Positions 40,944-50,309 of a stretch of 52,297 bases of DNA are shown piece by piece; the first letter of the stretch is position 1; every line of letters begins with the position of its first letter. Under the pieces are notes generated by a model. That model saw only the letters and a program-made list of their open reading frames with translations, had not been told where the DNA came from and searched no databases. The stretch is from sequence record SRR31156797_8580. One strand, 5' to 3'. The position numbers and the translations under genes are program-made.

Positions 40944-42998
40944 ATGAAATCTAATAACAGCATAAGGATGAACAAGTTGAGCTATAGCATTGCAGTGGCT
41001 ATGGGTGTTCTTGGTATGGCCGCATCAGCTCCAGCGTTGAGTGCCGAAACCGCAAAAACCGAAACGATTGTGGTGACTGGTGAGCGAATGGATAAAAGCC
41101 TCAAGGACACAACAACGGCGGTGACCGTTATTGATGAAGAGCAATTTGAGAACGGTGCAAAAACGTCGATTAATGATATCGCCACTTCAGCACCAAACGT
41201 TGTGACGGCTGGTTATGAATCAATCAGTATCCGTGGTATTGATGGTTCAGGCATAGCTGTTGGTGGTCAAGCTTTCTTTAGTGGCGGTAAAGCTCGAGTA
41301 ACAACAGTCGTCGATGGGGTTACTCAGGCATGGCTTGGGCAAGGGTATACACCGAGTAAATCTTGGGATGTGAAACAAGTTGAAGTTTTACGTGGCCCAC
41401 AATCTACCAGTCAGGGAACCAACTCTATTGGTGGTGCGCTAGTTGTTCAGACCAATGATCCTACTTACTACTGGGAAACAAAGTTACGTGCAGGTTTTGA
41501 AACTTACGAAAACGGTAATGTAAAAAATAACCTTGCGGTAATGACTTCTGGACCGTTGATCGAAGATGAACTGGCTTTTCGTTTAGCTCTTGACGGAACT
41601 AAAGGTGATGGCTGGATGAATTATGGTCAGACAGCAGATGAACTGGATGGATCTCCAGATCTGGAAGAAGCTGAAAATATCAATGCACGATTGAAGTTAC
41701 TTTGGGAGCCTAGTGCAATTCCAGGTTTAAGTGCGAAATTAACTTACAATCGCCATGCTTATGAAGGGGAGTATTTATCCTTTGCTTCAGCTGATTATGT
41801 AAAAGACCCTATGCTGTTATTAAATGGTGTTAGGCAGGGTCAGGTAAATACTCGTCTTCAAGACTCAAATGCACAAAGCATCGCTGCGGATATTGATTAT
41901 GATTTCGCTAATGGTATTACCAACTCTCTGCATATCGATTACGCAACTTCTGATATAGAGTTTGATCAGTATCCTTTTTCATTCGTTGTATTGTCAGATG
42001 CAGATAGTGTTACATTCGAAAACCGTTTAATGATACAGCAGCCAGGATCTAACTTCTCGACGTTACTTGGCCTTTACTACTCTGATTTAGATACTGATAC
42101 AGAACTTGTTACTCGCTCTTCAGACATTACTGGTAAAACCACGACTTCAGCGGTATACGGAGAAACGACATATACGGTTAATCCTGCGTTTAAACTTGTC
42201 GGTGGAGCCCGCTTCGAAAATGAAGAGTCTGAACACATCGCTGTTGGTATGGCTAACGACGAAGATAAACAAAGTAATAACGTCTTCTTACCTAAGGTCG
42301 GCGCGATTTATTATTTCGACGATACAACAACATTTAATTCTTCAATTCGTAAAGGTTACAACTCAGGCGGCCACGCTTTAGATATGGATAGCACTTCTGC
42401 AACTTTCTATGATTATTATGGATATGAAGAAGAAACTGTTATTGCCTATGAAGCAGGGCTTCTTAAAGAATTTGAGAGTGGTCAGGTAAGCACTAATGTC
42501 TTCTACAACGATTATTCCGGTTATCAGGCGATTGTTGATTCTCGTGTTCAAAATATTGAAGAATCACGTACATACGGTATTGAGTTAGCAGGCTCTATTT
42601 GGGCGACAACTAGCACTCAACTTCGTGCAAGTGCTGGTTTCCTTGAATCTGAAATTGTTAAAGATTCAAATGCTCAAAGTGGTGCTGAATTACCAAGTGC
42701 TCCAAGTACTAACTTAGGTGCTGGCTTCACTCAATACATCGGACAAAACTTCTCATTTGGTGCAGATGTGACTTATGTCGGTAAGTACTATTCAGATCTT
42801 GAGAATACAGAAGAATTAACGGCTGGCGATTATGTTACTGCAGATGCTCGTGTTCAATACACAATTGGTGACTTCACGTTAGATGGTTATGTAACTAACC
42901 TGACAGATGAAGAAATTGTTTATCAGTACCAAAGCACAACGAAAGCATCTGTCGGCCAAACAAGAACCTTTGGTCTAAATGCGACTTACCGTATGTAA
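40944..42998 (+). CDS. TonB-dependent siderophore receptor, ViuA/VuuA-like
   Basis: TonB box ETIVVTG, WDVKQVEVLRGPQST.QG.N.IGGA...TNDP; flanked by fep genes and viuB. Confidence 0.85.
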   Translation: MKSNNSIRMNKLSYSIAVAMGVLGMAASAPALSAETAKTETIVVTGERMDKSLKDTTTAVTVIDEEQFENGAKTSINDIATSAPNVVTAGYESISIRGIDGSGIAVGGQAFFSGGKARVTTVVDGVTQAWLGQGYTPSKSWDVKQVEVLRGPQSTSQGTNSIGGALVVQTNDPTYYWETKLRAGFETYENGNVKNNLAVMTSGPLIEDELAFRLALDGTKGDGWMNYGQTADELDGSPDLEEAENINARLKLLWEPSAIPGLSAKLTYNRHAYEGEYLSFASADYVKDPMLLLNGVRQGQVNTRLQDSNAQSIAADIDYDFANGITNSLHIDYATSDIEFDQYPFSFVVLSDADSVTFENRLMIQQPGSNFSTLLGLYYSDLDTDTELVTRSSDITGKTTTSAVYGETTYTVNPAFKLVGGARFENEESEHIAVGMANDEDKQSNNVFLPKVGAIYYFDDTTTFNSSIRKGYNSGGHALDMDSTSATFYDYYGYEEETVIAYEAGLLKEFESGQVSTNVFYNDYSGYQAIVDSRVQNIEESRTYGIELAGSIWATTSTQLRASAGFLESEIVKDSNAQSGAELPSAPSTNLGAGFTQYIGQNFSFGADVTYVGKYYSDLENTEELTAGDYVTADARVQYTIGDFTLDGYVTNLTDEEIVYQYQSTTKASVGQTRTFGLNATYRM

Positions 42999-43081
42999 GC
43001 GAGTTTTTAGATAATTTAATCGAACTCGGCTTCTTCCATGAAGGGCCGAGTTTTCCTGTTTATACAAAGTGAGAAAGTTGT

Positions 43082-43900
43082 ATGAGTGAAGAAGTGGTTT
43101 ATCCAGTTAAACCTATGTTGCTGGTGGTTAAGCGGAAAAAATATATTAGCCCACATTTAATTCGCATCACTTTTGGTGGTGATGAGCTTAATGGGTTTCC
43201 TGAAAACCGCAACGGCGGGCATATCAAAGTATTCTTCCCTAATCAGGAATCGGGTATCTTGCAACTGCCGATACGCTATGAAGACCATGTTGAATATCCA
43301 GAGCATAAGCCAGTGCCAAGAGCGTATAGCGTCAGAAAATACTATCCAGAAACGAATGAGCTAGATATTGATTTTGTTGCTCATGGAGAAGGCACTCCAG
43401 GCTCTGGCTGGGCGATAAATGCTAAACAAGGGGATGAACTTGGGGTTATTGGTCCGGGTGGCCCAGATCCATTACTTCAACCGTCTGATTGGCACATCTT
43501 AGCGGGTGATATGACGGCCGTTCCCGCGATGAGTGCAATACTTGAAGAACTACCTGAAGACGCCAAAGGCGCGGCTTTTATTGAAGTGGACTCTTTTGAT
43601 GATGTTCATGAAATCGAGCATCCTTTGGGCGTCTCTCTTAACTGGCTTAAACGTGAAGGTGAAGAGCCTGCACTCACGCTATTAAACGCAATAAAAGCAT
43701 CGGGCGAACCTGAGGTAGAGTGCTCGGTCTCGGCATTTATTGCCGGTGAAAACCGCAGCGTGATTCACTGTCGTAAGTATTTGGCGGCGAAGTTCGGCTT
43801 GAAGAAGAAAAATATGTATGCCATTCCATACTGGAAACGCGGTAATACCGAAGAAGCTTATCATGAAGAGCGTCATCGCATTATGGATGAGCAAGAGTAA
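43082..43900 (+). CDS. viuB: Siderophore-interacting protein (FAD ferric-siderophore reductase)
   Basis: RAYSVR, DIDFVAHG, GDMTAVPA, YWKRG, YHEERHRIMD. Confidence 0.88.
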   Translation: MSEEVVYPVKPMLLVVKRKKYISPHLIRITFGGDELNGFPENRNGGHIKVFFPNQESGILQLPIRYEDHVEYPEHKPVPRAYSVRKYYPETNELDIDFVAHGEGTPGSGWAINAKQGDELGVIGPGGPDPLLQPSDWHILAGDMTAVPAMSAILEELPEDAKGAAFIEVDSFDDVHEIEHPLGVSLNWLKREGEEPALTLLNAIKASGEPEVECSVSAFIAGENRSVIHCRKYLAAKFGLKKKNMYAIPYWKRGNTEEAYHEERHRIMDEQE

Positions 43901-43903
43901 CAA

Positions 43904-43937
43904 AAAATAAAACCTCCAAAAACGGAGGTTTTATTTT
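43904..43937. terminator. Bidirectional terminator between viuB and hutD
   Basis: AAAATAAAACCTCC/GGAGGTTTTATTTT. Confidence 0.88.
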
Positions 43938-43945
43938 GTTTGATA

Positions 43946-44779
43946 TTAACTCGCGATGACCACGGGGTGCCCGTAGCTGGGGTGAGGAATGATATCCACT
44001 TTGTGGTGATAAACCGTTTCAATGGTTTCCTTTTGAAGAGCTTGATTAGGTTCGGCGTCTGCAACAATGTCACCTTCGTTCAAAATCACTATTCGGTCTG
44101 CATATTGAGCGGCTAAGTTCAGATCATGCAGAACAGCAACGACGGTCGCGCCCTGATTGGCTAGTTTACGCGCCAGTTCCAGTGTTGTGTGTTGGTGATG
44201 AATGTCGAGCGCGGATGTCGGCTCATCTAATAGCAAAATTTTATTATCACGGCTCTGTTCTAGCTGAGTCAGTACCCGAGCTAGATGAACGCGCTGTTTT
44301 TCTCCGCCTGACAGCGTGGGGTAGGAACGAGATGCTAAGTGAAAAACATCCGTGAGGCGCATGTTGTATTCTACGACCGCCGCCAATTGAGCATTCGACA
44401 TCGTTAAACCAATACCCCCTAACTCAATCACTTCCTTTGCTGTAAAGTTGAATGAAAGTGAACTACTTTGAGGCAGGACTCCAAGGTGTTTGGCTAATAC
44501 TTCAGGCTGCCACTGGTCGCGGGGCTTTCCAAAAGTGGTGAATTCTCCCTCAGCCTTAATTTCCCCTGTGAGTGCTTTAAGCAATGTACTTTTACCAGTG
44601 CCATTCGGCCCCAGTAGGACGGTAAACTCTTGGCGGTTTAAGGTAAGGTCAATGTTACTCAATATCTTCTTTTGACCTAATGCGACCGAAAGATTCTTTA
44701 TGCTAATGGTCTGTTGGCCAAAATACGATATCGAGCTTTTGGCAGCTTTATTTTTAGATGATGAGAGGATGGATAACAT
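43946..44779 (-). CDS. hutD: Haem ABC transporter ATPase
   Basis: GPNGTGKST, LSGGEKQRVHLARVL, LLDEPTSALD. Confidence 0.88.
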   Translation of the reverse strand: MLSILSSSKNKAAKSSISYFGQQTISIKNLSVALGQKKILSNIDLTLNRQEFTVLLGPNGTGKSTLLKALTGEIKAEGEFTTFGKPRDQWQPEVLAKHLGVLPQSSSLSFNFTAKEVIELGGIGLTMSNAQLAAVVEYNMRLTDVFHLASRSYPTLSGGEKQRVHLARVLTQLEQSRDNKILLLDEPTSALDIHHQHTTLELARKLANQGATVVAVLHDLNLAAQYADRIVILNEGDIVADAEPNQALQKETIETVYHHKVDIIPHPSYGHPVVIAS

Positions 44780-45819
44780 TAAATTCTCCCCTTTTGCTTA
44801 ATCAGTAGCCACACAAAGAACGGTGCTCCCAGCAACGCGGTTACGATGCCAACCGGCATATCAAGAGGAGCAATGATGGTTCTGGCCAGCATGTCTGAAA
44901 TAAGCAGTAGTAGCGCGCCCATGAAAAGTGTGACGGGGAGGAGTGAGCGGTAGTTAGGGCCAATAATCATTCGTGCTAAATGCGGGACAATCAGCCCAAT
45001 GAAACCAATCATGCCAGCTAAAGCGACGGTAACCCCCACGCCAAATGCAGCCAGAATAATTAAGCGACGTTTTAAAGATTGAACATTGATTCCCATATGA
45101 CGCGCTTCGGCTTCACCTAACAGCATCGCATTGAGCTTGTCAGCATCTCGATAGTAAGCAATAAACAGAACAATGACGGTTGCAAACGCAAGCCATAAGC
45201 CTTTTTGGTTGGCTCCTGCGAGAGAGCCCATCGTCCAGAGAGACAGATCCCTTAGTGCCTGATCATCGGCAAAATAATTGAGTAGCCCCAGTGCAGCACC
45301 AGCCAGTGCTGATATGGCAACACCGGATAGCAACATCATGGTGACCGAAGTACCATTGCTACTGGTTCCTAATCGATAAACCGCGAAGGTGGTGATTGCG
45401 CCACCGATGCAAGCAAACATAGGTACCGTGCCGAACAGCAGTAGGTTAGGGTAGTGATTGGCTAAATCAGCAAATACCACGATAGCCAAAGCGGCTCCTA
45501 ATGCTGCGCCTGAAGAGACACCAATAATGCCTGGATCAGCCAGTGGATTACGAAACAGGCCCTGCATAACTGCACCACTGATGGCCAGAATGCCACCGAC
45601 CGTTATTGCCAATAAGGTTCTCGGTAATCGAACTTGTTGGACGATCATCGTGACATGTGCGGGTAAGTCGTGATTCACCATGGGTAAGACAGACTTCAAG
45701 CTATCGGTAAAACTGATGTTCATCGCGCCCATGCTGATAGAAGCCACGGTCGCAAAATAAAGCGCGACAGCCGAGAAAATACATAACGTCTTGGCTGAAA
45801 CCGTTCGTAAAGCTGTCAT
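44779..45819 (-). CDS. hutC: Haem ABC permease
   Basis: RLPR, FRNPLADPGIIGVS, WTMGSL. Confidence 0.88.
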   Translation of the reverse strand: MTALRTVSAKTLCIFSAVALYFATVASISMGAMNISFTDSLKSVLPMVNHDLPAHVTMIVQQVRLPRTLLAITVGGILAISGAVMQGLFRNPLADPGIIGVSSGAALGAALAIVVFADLANHYPNLLLFGTVPMFACIGGAITTFAVYRLGTSSNGTSVTMMLLSGVAISALAGAALGLLNYFADDQALRDLSLWTMGSLAGANQKGLWLAFATVIVLFIAYYRDADKLNAMLLGEAEARHMGINVQSLKRRLIILAAFGVGVTVALAGMIGFIGLIVPHLARMIIGPNYRSLLPVTLFMGALLLLISDMLARTIIAPLDMPVGIVTALLGAPFFVWLLIKQKGRI

Positions 45820-45820
45820 G

Positions 45821-46684
45821 TTATTTTACTGCGTCCATGTTTTGAAAAGTCTTATACAGCTCTTCGGTGAGCTGCAAACTTTCCAGACCAAAGCCACCAA
45901 TAATGGCACTGCCATTGATTGGAATAATTCTGTTTTCAGCCACGACAGGTGTGGCTGCCAGTAAAGGAAACTCTTTGAGAATGCCTTGTTGTCCCCCCAG
46001 TGCTTCCCATGCGCGAGAGCTAACTAACAGATAGTCGGGTTGCATCTGAACGATGGCTTCAGGTGATAAAGGCTTGTATGAACTCATCTGTTCTTTTGCT
46101 GGATTTTGACCACCAGCAAGATTGATGATCACATCAATGGTGGTTTTATCGCCTGCAATCGTAGCTGGACGTCCTTTGGTTAGCATAGCGAACAGCACTT
46201 TTGGTGAATGTTCTATTTGACGTGATTTGATCGCTGTGAGTTGCTCATCGATGGATTTTTTCAACAAAGTTGCTTTTTCTTCGGTCCCAGTAATCTGAGC
46301 GATTTTATCGATGCGACTGAACAGGTCTTGTTCGGTGTCACCGGAAGGGACGGTTTCTACTTTAATGCCGCCGCTTTTTAATAATGTCAGGGTGTTTTCT
46401 GGACCCATTTCATGTGAGCCAATAAGATGGGTGGGTGATAACGCCATTAAACCTTCTGCTGACAGCTGGCGGTGATAGCCCACCTGAGGCAAAGCCCCAT
46501 CACTATTGTAGTGACGACTCGTTACATCAATTGCCACTAATTGATCCTTTGCACCAAGTGCAATCAACAGTTCCGTGATGCTTGAACCGGCACTGATGAT
46601 TCGATTCTTAACCACATTATCCTGTTGAGCGTTAACAGTGGTGGCAAAAATAATAAGGCTTAATGCCCAAATGATTCTCTTCAT
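45821..46684 (-). CDS. hutB: Haem periplasmic binding protein
   Basis: VGYHRQLSAEG with the haem-ligand Tyr, YKPLS. Confidence 0.88.
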   Translation of the reverse strand: MKRIIWALSLIIFATTVNAQQDNVVKNRIISAGSSITELLIALGAKDQLVAIDVTSRHYNSDGALPQVGYHRQLSAEGLMALSPTHLIGSHEMGPENTLTLLKSGGIKVETVPSGDTEQDLFSRIDKIAQITGTEEKATLLKKSIDEQLTAIKSRQIEHSPKVLFAMLTKGRPATIAGDKTTIDVIINLAGGQNPAKEQMSSYKPLSPEAIVQMQPDYLLVSSRAWEALGGQQGILKEFPLLAATPVVAENRIIPINGSAIIGGFGLESLQLTEELYKTFQNMDAVK

Positions 46685-47103
46685 TATTGTTCTTCCATAA
46701 CGATATTAGTGGCTGAAATTTTGTGTTTTTGCATGAATGCAAAGAGGTTGAGCATGGATTCCACATCGGCTTTTTTGTCTGCGGCAATCACAAAGGGTTT
46801 ATCGGGGAAGCGGTGATGTAATTCGAGCAGCGTGACAGTGAAAGCATTCCAGTCACTGAATGTTTCTCCGTCTAATGCCCATTTTTGCTGCTCACTATTT
46901 AAAATACCGATTGAGATAACAGGTTTGTCCGGTGAAGTGAGCTGGCTGGATTCTTCTGTTTTAGGTATGTCGACATTCAGTGTCTGCACACTGACGTTTG
47001 CCGTAAGTAGCAGAAACACCATCACAATAAAGATGATGTCGATCATCGGGGTGAGATCGGGCTTAAACTCATCTTCGAGAAAGCGCGATTTAGACTCGAT
47101 CAT
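46684..47103 (-). CDS. exbD: ExbD1
   Basis: DLTPMIDIIFIVMVFLL, IAADK. Confidence 0.9.
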   Translation of the reverse strand: MIESKSRFLEDEFKPDLTPMIDIIFIVMVFLLLTANVSVQTLNVDIPKTEESSQLTSPDKPVISIGILNSEQQKWALDGETFSDWNAFTVTLLELHHRFPDKPFVIAADKKADVESMLNLFAFMQKHKISATNIVMEEQ

Positions 47104-47789
47104 TACACCACCTCATCTGTGGTTATGGTATGCGCGCTCTGATTCCCTGAGAAAGGATCCACCACGATGCCTTCAATATGCAGATTACTGTGATTCAGTG
47201 TGTACTCAATCTTGGCAAGCGTCTTCTCAACCCACATACCTAGTAGTTGAGCACCCGTAATTGCCGGCAACGCAATGATCAAACCTGCAGCCGTCGTCGA
47301 CATGGCTAAACCTAAACCATCCGCCAGAGTGGCGGGTGAAATGACGGCGGTGGCGTCGGTCATTCCACTAAACATTTCCATTAACCCCAGTACGGTACCT
47401 AGTAATCCAATCAGTGGACTTATGACGCCTATCATTGACAGTAAGCGAATACCGGAACGGAACTGCTGACGTTTTTTAAACAGCCAAATTCCCACCGCTT
47501 CTTCACGCAATGGTTTAGTGAAATGGCGGTGTCCCAGGAGCATCCGCATAGATTGGAAAATCAGCTGTCGTCCTTTCAGCTCATTTTGGATAAAAGCCTC
47601 CACATCTTGAGGGCGTGAGAAATCCAACTTGTGGATGCTTTTCAAAATCGCATTGGTGTGGGTACGGCTGTTAAGCAGCATATAAATAGTACGTTCTATC
47701 AATATTGCGATAGTGAGAAATGACATGATGATGAGTGGCCATGTCATAAGGCCGAGCTGACTTTGAATATTGGTTAATGTTTGCATCAT
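47103..47789 (-). CDS. exbB: ExbB1
   Basis: SPLIGLLGTVLG, TTAAGLIIALP. Confidence 0.9.
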   Translation of the reverse strand: MMQTLTNIQSQLGLMTWPLIIMSFLTIAILIERTIYMLLNSRTHTNAILKSIHKLDFSRPQDVEAFIQNELKGRQLIFQSMRMLLGHRHFTKPLREEAVGIWLFKKRQQFRSGIRLLSMIGVISPLIGLLGTVLGLMEMFSGMTDATAVISPATLADGLGLAMSTTAAGLIIALPAITGAQLLGMWVEKTLAKIEYTLNHSNLHIEGIVVDPFSGNQSAHTITTDEVV

Positions 47790-47794
47790 AGCGA

Positions 47795-48601
47795 CTACTG
47801 TAATTGGAAATTAATCGGAATTTGTACGCGATGGGCGATGGCTTGCCCCTGATCTGTCTGATGAGAAAATCGCCACTCTTTAATGGTGTTGAGAGCGCGC
47901 TTGTCTAGGACACTGTGCCCACTGGATGTTACGAGTAACTGTTTAATTTGATTACCTTGCTCGTCCAGCCATACTTCAATTAAAACTTTTCCTTCCAAGC
48001 CTCTTTTTCTGGCAATTTTCGGGTAAGAGACGGGGGTTGGTTTCGCGCTAAAGCGAGGCTTTTTCACCAACATAGGCTTGCTGTTTTGTGCGCTAATTTT
48101 TGCTGGAGCAGTTTGCTTTGTTGCTTCTGCTTTTGCTGTTTCCACTTTGGGCTGCTTTTCAACTGGTGTGTTGTTCTCTTTATTGCTGGGAACAACAGGC
48201 TCAGGCTTTACCGGCACTTTAGTTTTGGTGACTTGAGGTTGAACGTCTTTGCTTGGTCGAACTTTCTTAGCGGGTTCAGACTTACTTTTCTTAGCAGTAA
48301 GCACCTGCTTTTTCTCTGTTGGTTTGCTGATCGGCTTAGAGACCTGCGGTGTGGGAGGCTTAGTTATAATCTGCTTTTGTGCTGGAGGTTCAGTGACCGG
48401 TTTTGGTTCATTGGCCGTACTTTTCTCTATTTTAGATTCGGCAGGTTTGCTGGCTGTAATCGTCATAAGCTGAATTTGAAGAGATTGCGAACCTTCATCG
48501 GTCGAGACGTTGACGGTGTTTTTTTGTGGGGTATACGACAGCGCAATACCATGTATTAGGCATGCTAATAAGCCAGCAATGAGATAACGAAGCTTTGTCA
48601 T
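47795..48601 (-). CDS. tonB: TonB1 energy transducer
   Basis: TM segment with His (ACLIHG), Pro/Lys-rich linker, YPKIARKRGLEG C-domain. Confidence 0.9.
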   Translation of the reverse strand: MTKLRYLIAGLLACLIHGIALSYTPQKNTVNVSTDEGSQSLQIQLMTITASKPAESKIEKSTANEPKPVTEPPAQKQIITKPPTPQVSKPISKPTEKKQVLTAKKSKSEPAKKVRPSKDVQPQVTKTKVPVKPEPVVPSNKENNTPVEKQPKVETAKAEATKQTAPAKISAQNSKPMLVKKPRFSAKPTPVSYPKIARKRGLEGKVLIEVWLDEQGNQIKQLLVTSSGHSVLDKRALNTIKEWRFSHQTDQGQAIAHRVQIPINFQLQ

Positions 48602-48654
48602 TTTTTCCACTAGTCATTCGATTGTTATGACTATTTTGTTGCTTAAATTTTACA

Positions 48655-48685
48655 AATGCAAATGATATTAAGTATTATTTGCATT
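48655..48685. promoter_or_regulatory. Extended Fur-box palindrome of the divergent tonB1/hutX promoters
   Basis: AATGCAAATGATA-TTAAG-TATTATTTGCATT, near-perfect inverted repeat. Confidence 0.72.
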
Positions 48686-49053
48686 ATTGTTTGTTGGCGG
48701 TATTATATCGGTCAGATTCTTAATTACAATTTTATAAGATAAGAATTTGCTGTGACTTCTGTTCGTATGGCTGACTAATGCAGATATCTGCCTTTATCTA
48801 CCTCTAACTTTACTCGTCGCTAAAATTTGTCTTCGATCGCGGTGTATGAGAGTAAGGGAGAGAATGGTTTGATGTTTTATTGTTGGCGATTAATCCTTAC
48901 CAAGCTATTGGGGGATCGTTGTCATCCTCAAACTTAAAGCACAGCAAATTTAAGTCCGCGACTGTAGCGACCAATGCAATTCGCGTTATTCAGAATCAAC
49001 CTCAAGAGATACTTAAATCGGCTTGAGAGTTTAGAGCATTATTAGGAGTAAAC

Positions 49054-49575
49054 ATGTACAGCCAGATTACTGAGCAAGAAGTAAAACAAAAAGTCGATGC
49101 TGCATTGGCGGAAGATTCGTCAACACCTGTATCAACAATGGCTGAGCAACTAAGCTTAAGTGAAGGGGCTATCACCTTAGCTTTACCCGAAGAGATGATG
49201 GCTCGAGTGTCTGGTGAACATGCACAAGCTATTTTAGAGCAGCTACCAAGCTGGGGAAAAGTGACCACTATCGTGCATTCATTTGGTTCTATTTTTGAAG
49301 CGAAAGCCAACTTCCCTAAAGGTAAGGTTGCACATGGTTACTATAACTTAATGGGTCGAGAAGGTGAGCTACATGGTCACCTTAAGCTAGATTTGATCGA
49401 ACATATTGCATTTGTAAGCAAGCCGTTCCGAGGAGTGGAAAGCCACTACATTGGTTTCTTTAATGGACAAGGGAACTGTGTATTCAAAGTATATGTTGGT
49501 CGAGATAACAAGCGTCAACTGCTTACCGAGCAAGTTGAGGCATTCAAGCAAATGAAAAAGGAGTTTGCTGCGTGA
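49054..49575 (+). CDS. hutX: Cytosolic haem carrier HutX/ChuX
   Basis: WGKVTTIVH, GYYNL, LHGHL, VFKVYVGRD. Confidence 0.92.
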   Translation: MYSQITEQEVKQKVDAALAEDSSTPVSTMAEQLSLSEGAITLALPEEMMARVSGEHAQAILEQLPSWGKVTTIVHSFGSIFEAKANFPKGKVAHGYYNLMGREGELHGHLKLDLIEHIAFVSKPFRGVESHYIGFFNGQGNCVFKVYVGRDNKRQLLTEQVEAFKQMKKEFAA

Positions 49576-50147
49576 ACACAGAAAGTCAGCCACAAGATAA
49601 TGCTCAACGAGAAGATATTCGTCGCGAACGACTACAAGGCCGATTAGAGCCAGAAGTTCGTGAATTCCGCGATTCGCGAAAAACGTTGCAGTTAGCAACC
49701 ATTAGCGCGGCTGGCATCCCGAATGCCACTTATGCGCCATTCGCTTTTGATAGTAAAGCTTATTACATCCTCGTCAGTGATTTAGCCGCTCATGGGCAGA
49801 ACTTAAAAACGAACCGCAATGTTTCGATTTTAATGATCGAGGATGAAAGTGAATGTAAGAACATCTATGCACGTAAAAGACTCACTTTCGATACCCGTGC
49901 AGAGCTGGTTGAAAAGCAAACTCAAGATTGGAGCCAAGGCGTTGAAGCGCTAAAAGCTCGATTTGGCGAGATTATTGATAATTTAAGCCAACTCGGTGAC
50001 TTCAATCTTTATCGCTTGGTGCCTGAATCTGGACGTTACGTAAAAGGATTCGGACAAGCGTTCGTCATCTCTGGTGATGACATGCTCGATTTTGTTCATT
50101 TAACAGAAGGGCATGTTAAAGCTGCAAAAGAGCGTATGGAGCAATAA
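49572..50147 (+). CDS. hutZ: Haem utilisation/degrading protein HutZ
   Basis: YAPF, ARKRLTFD, GRYVKGFGQAF, VHLTEGH. Confidence 0.92.
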   Translation: MNTESQPQDNAQREDIRRERLQGRLEPEVREFRDSRKTLQLATISAAGIPNATYAPFAFDSKAYYILVSDLAAHGQNLKTNRNVSILMIEDESECKNIYARKRLTFDTRAELVEKQTQDWSQGVEALKARFGEIIDNLSQLGDFNLYRLVPESGRYVKGFGQAFVISGDDMLDFVHLTEGHVKAAKERMEQ

Positions 50148-50309
50148 ATAGTACTAACAAGTACTTAACCTAAAACCAGCTCAACAAATAACAATACCCT
50201 CAAATCGGTGCTTTAAGCGGCTCGCATGCGAATGCCGCTTAAATTCTTGCGCTTAAAATTTGAGAAATAACCATTGAGCTCACTTAAACATTTAAACATG
50301 GACTTAATA

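Noticed and set aside
48086-48559. 157-aa Cys/Phe-rich ORF on the + strand
   Set aside because: Antisense shadow of the Lys/Pro/Ala-rich tonB linker; no RBS and no recognisable motif
48860-48940. Short ORF MFYCWRLILTKLLGDRCHPQT as a hutW remnant or peptide
   Set aside because: No recognisable radical-SAM similarity and only weak initiation signals
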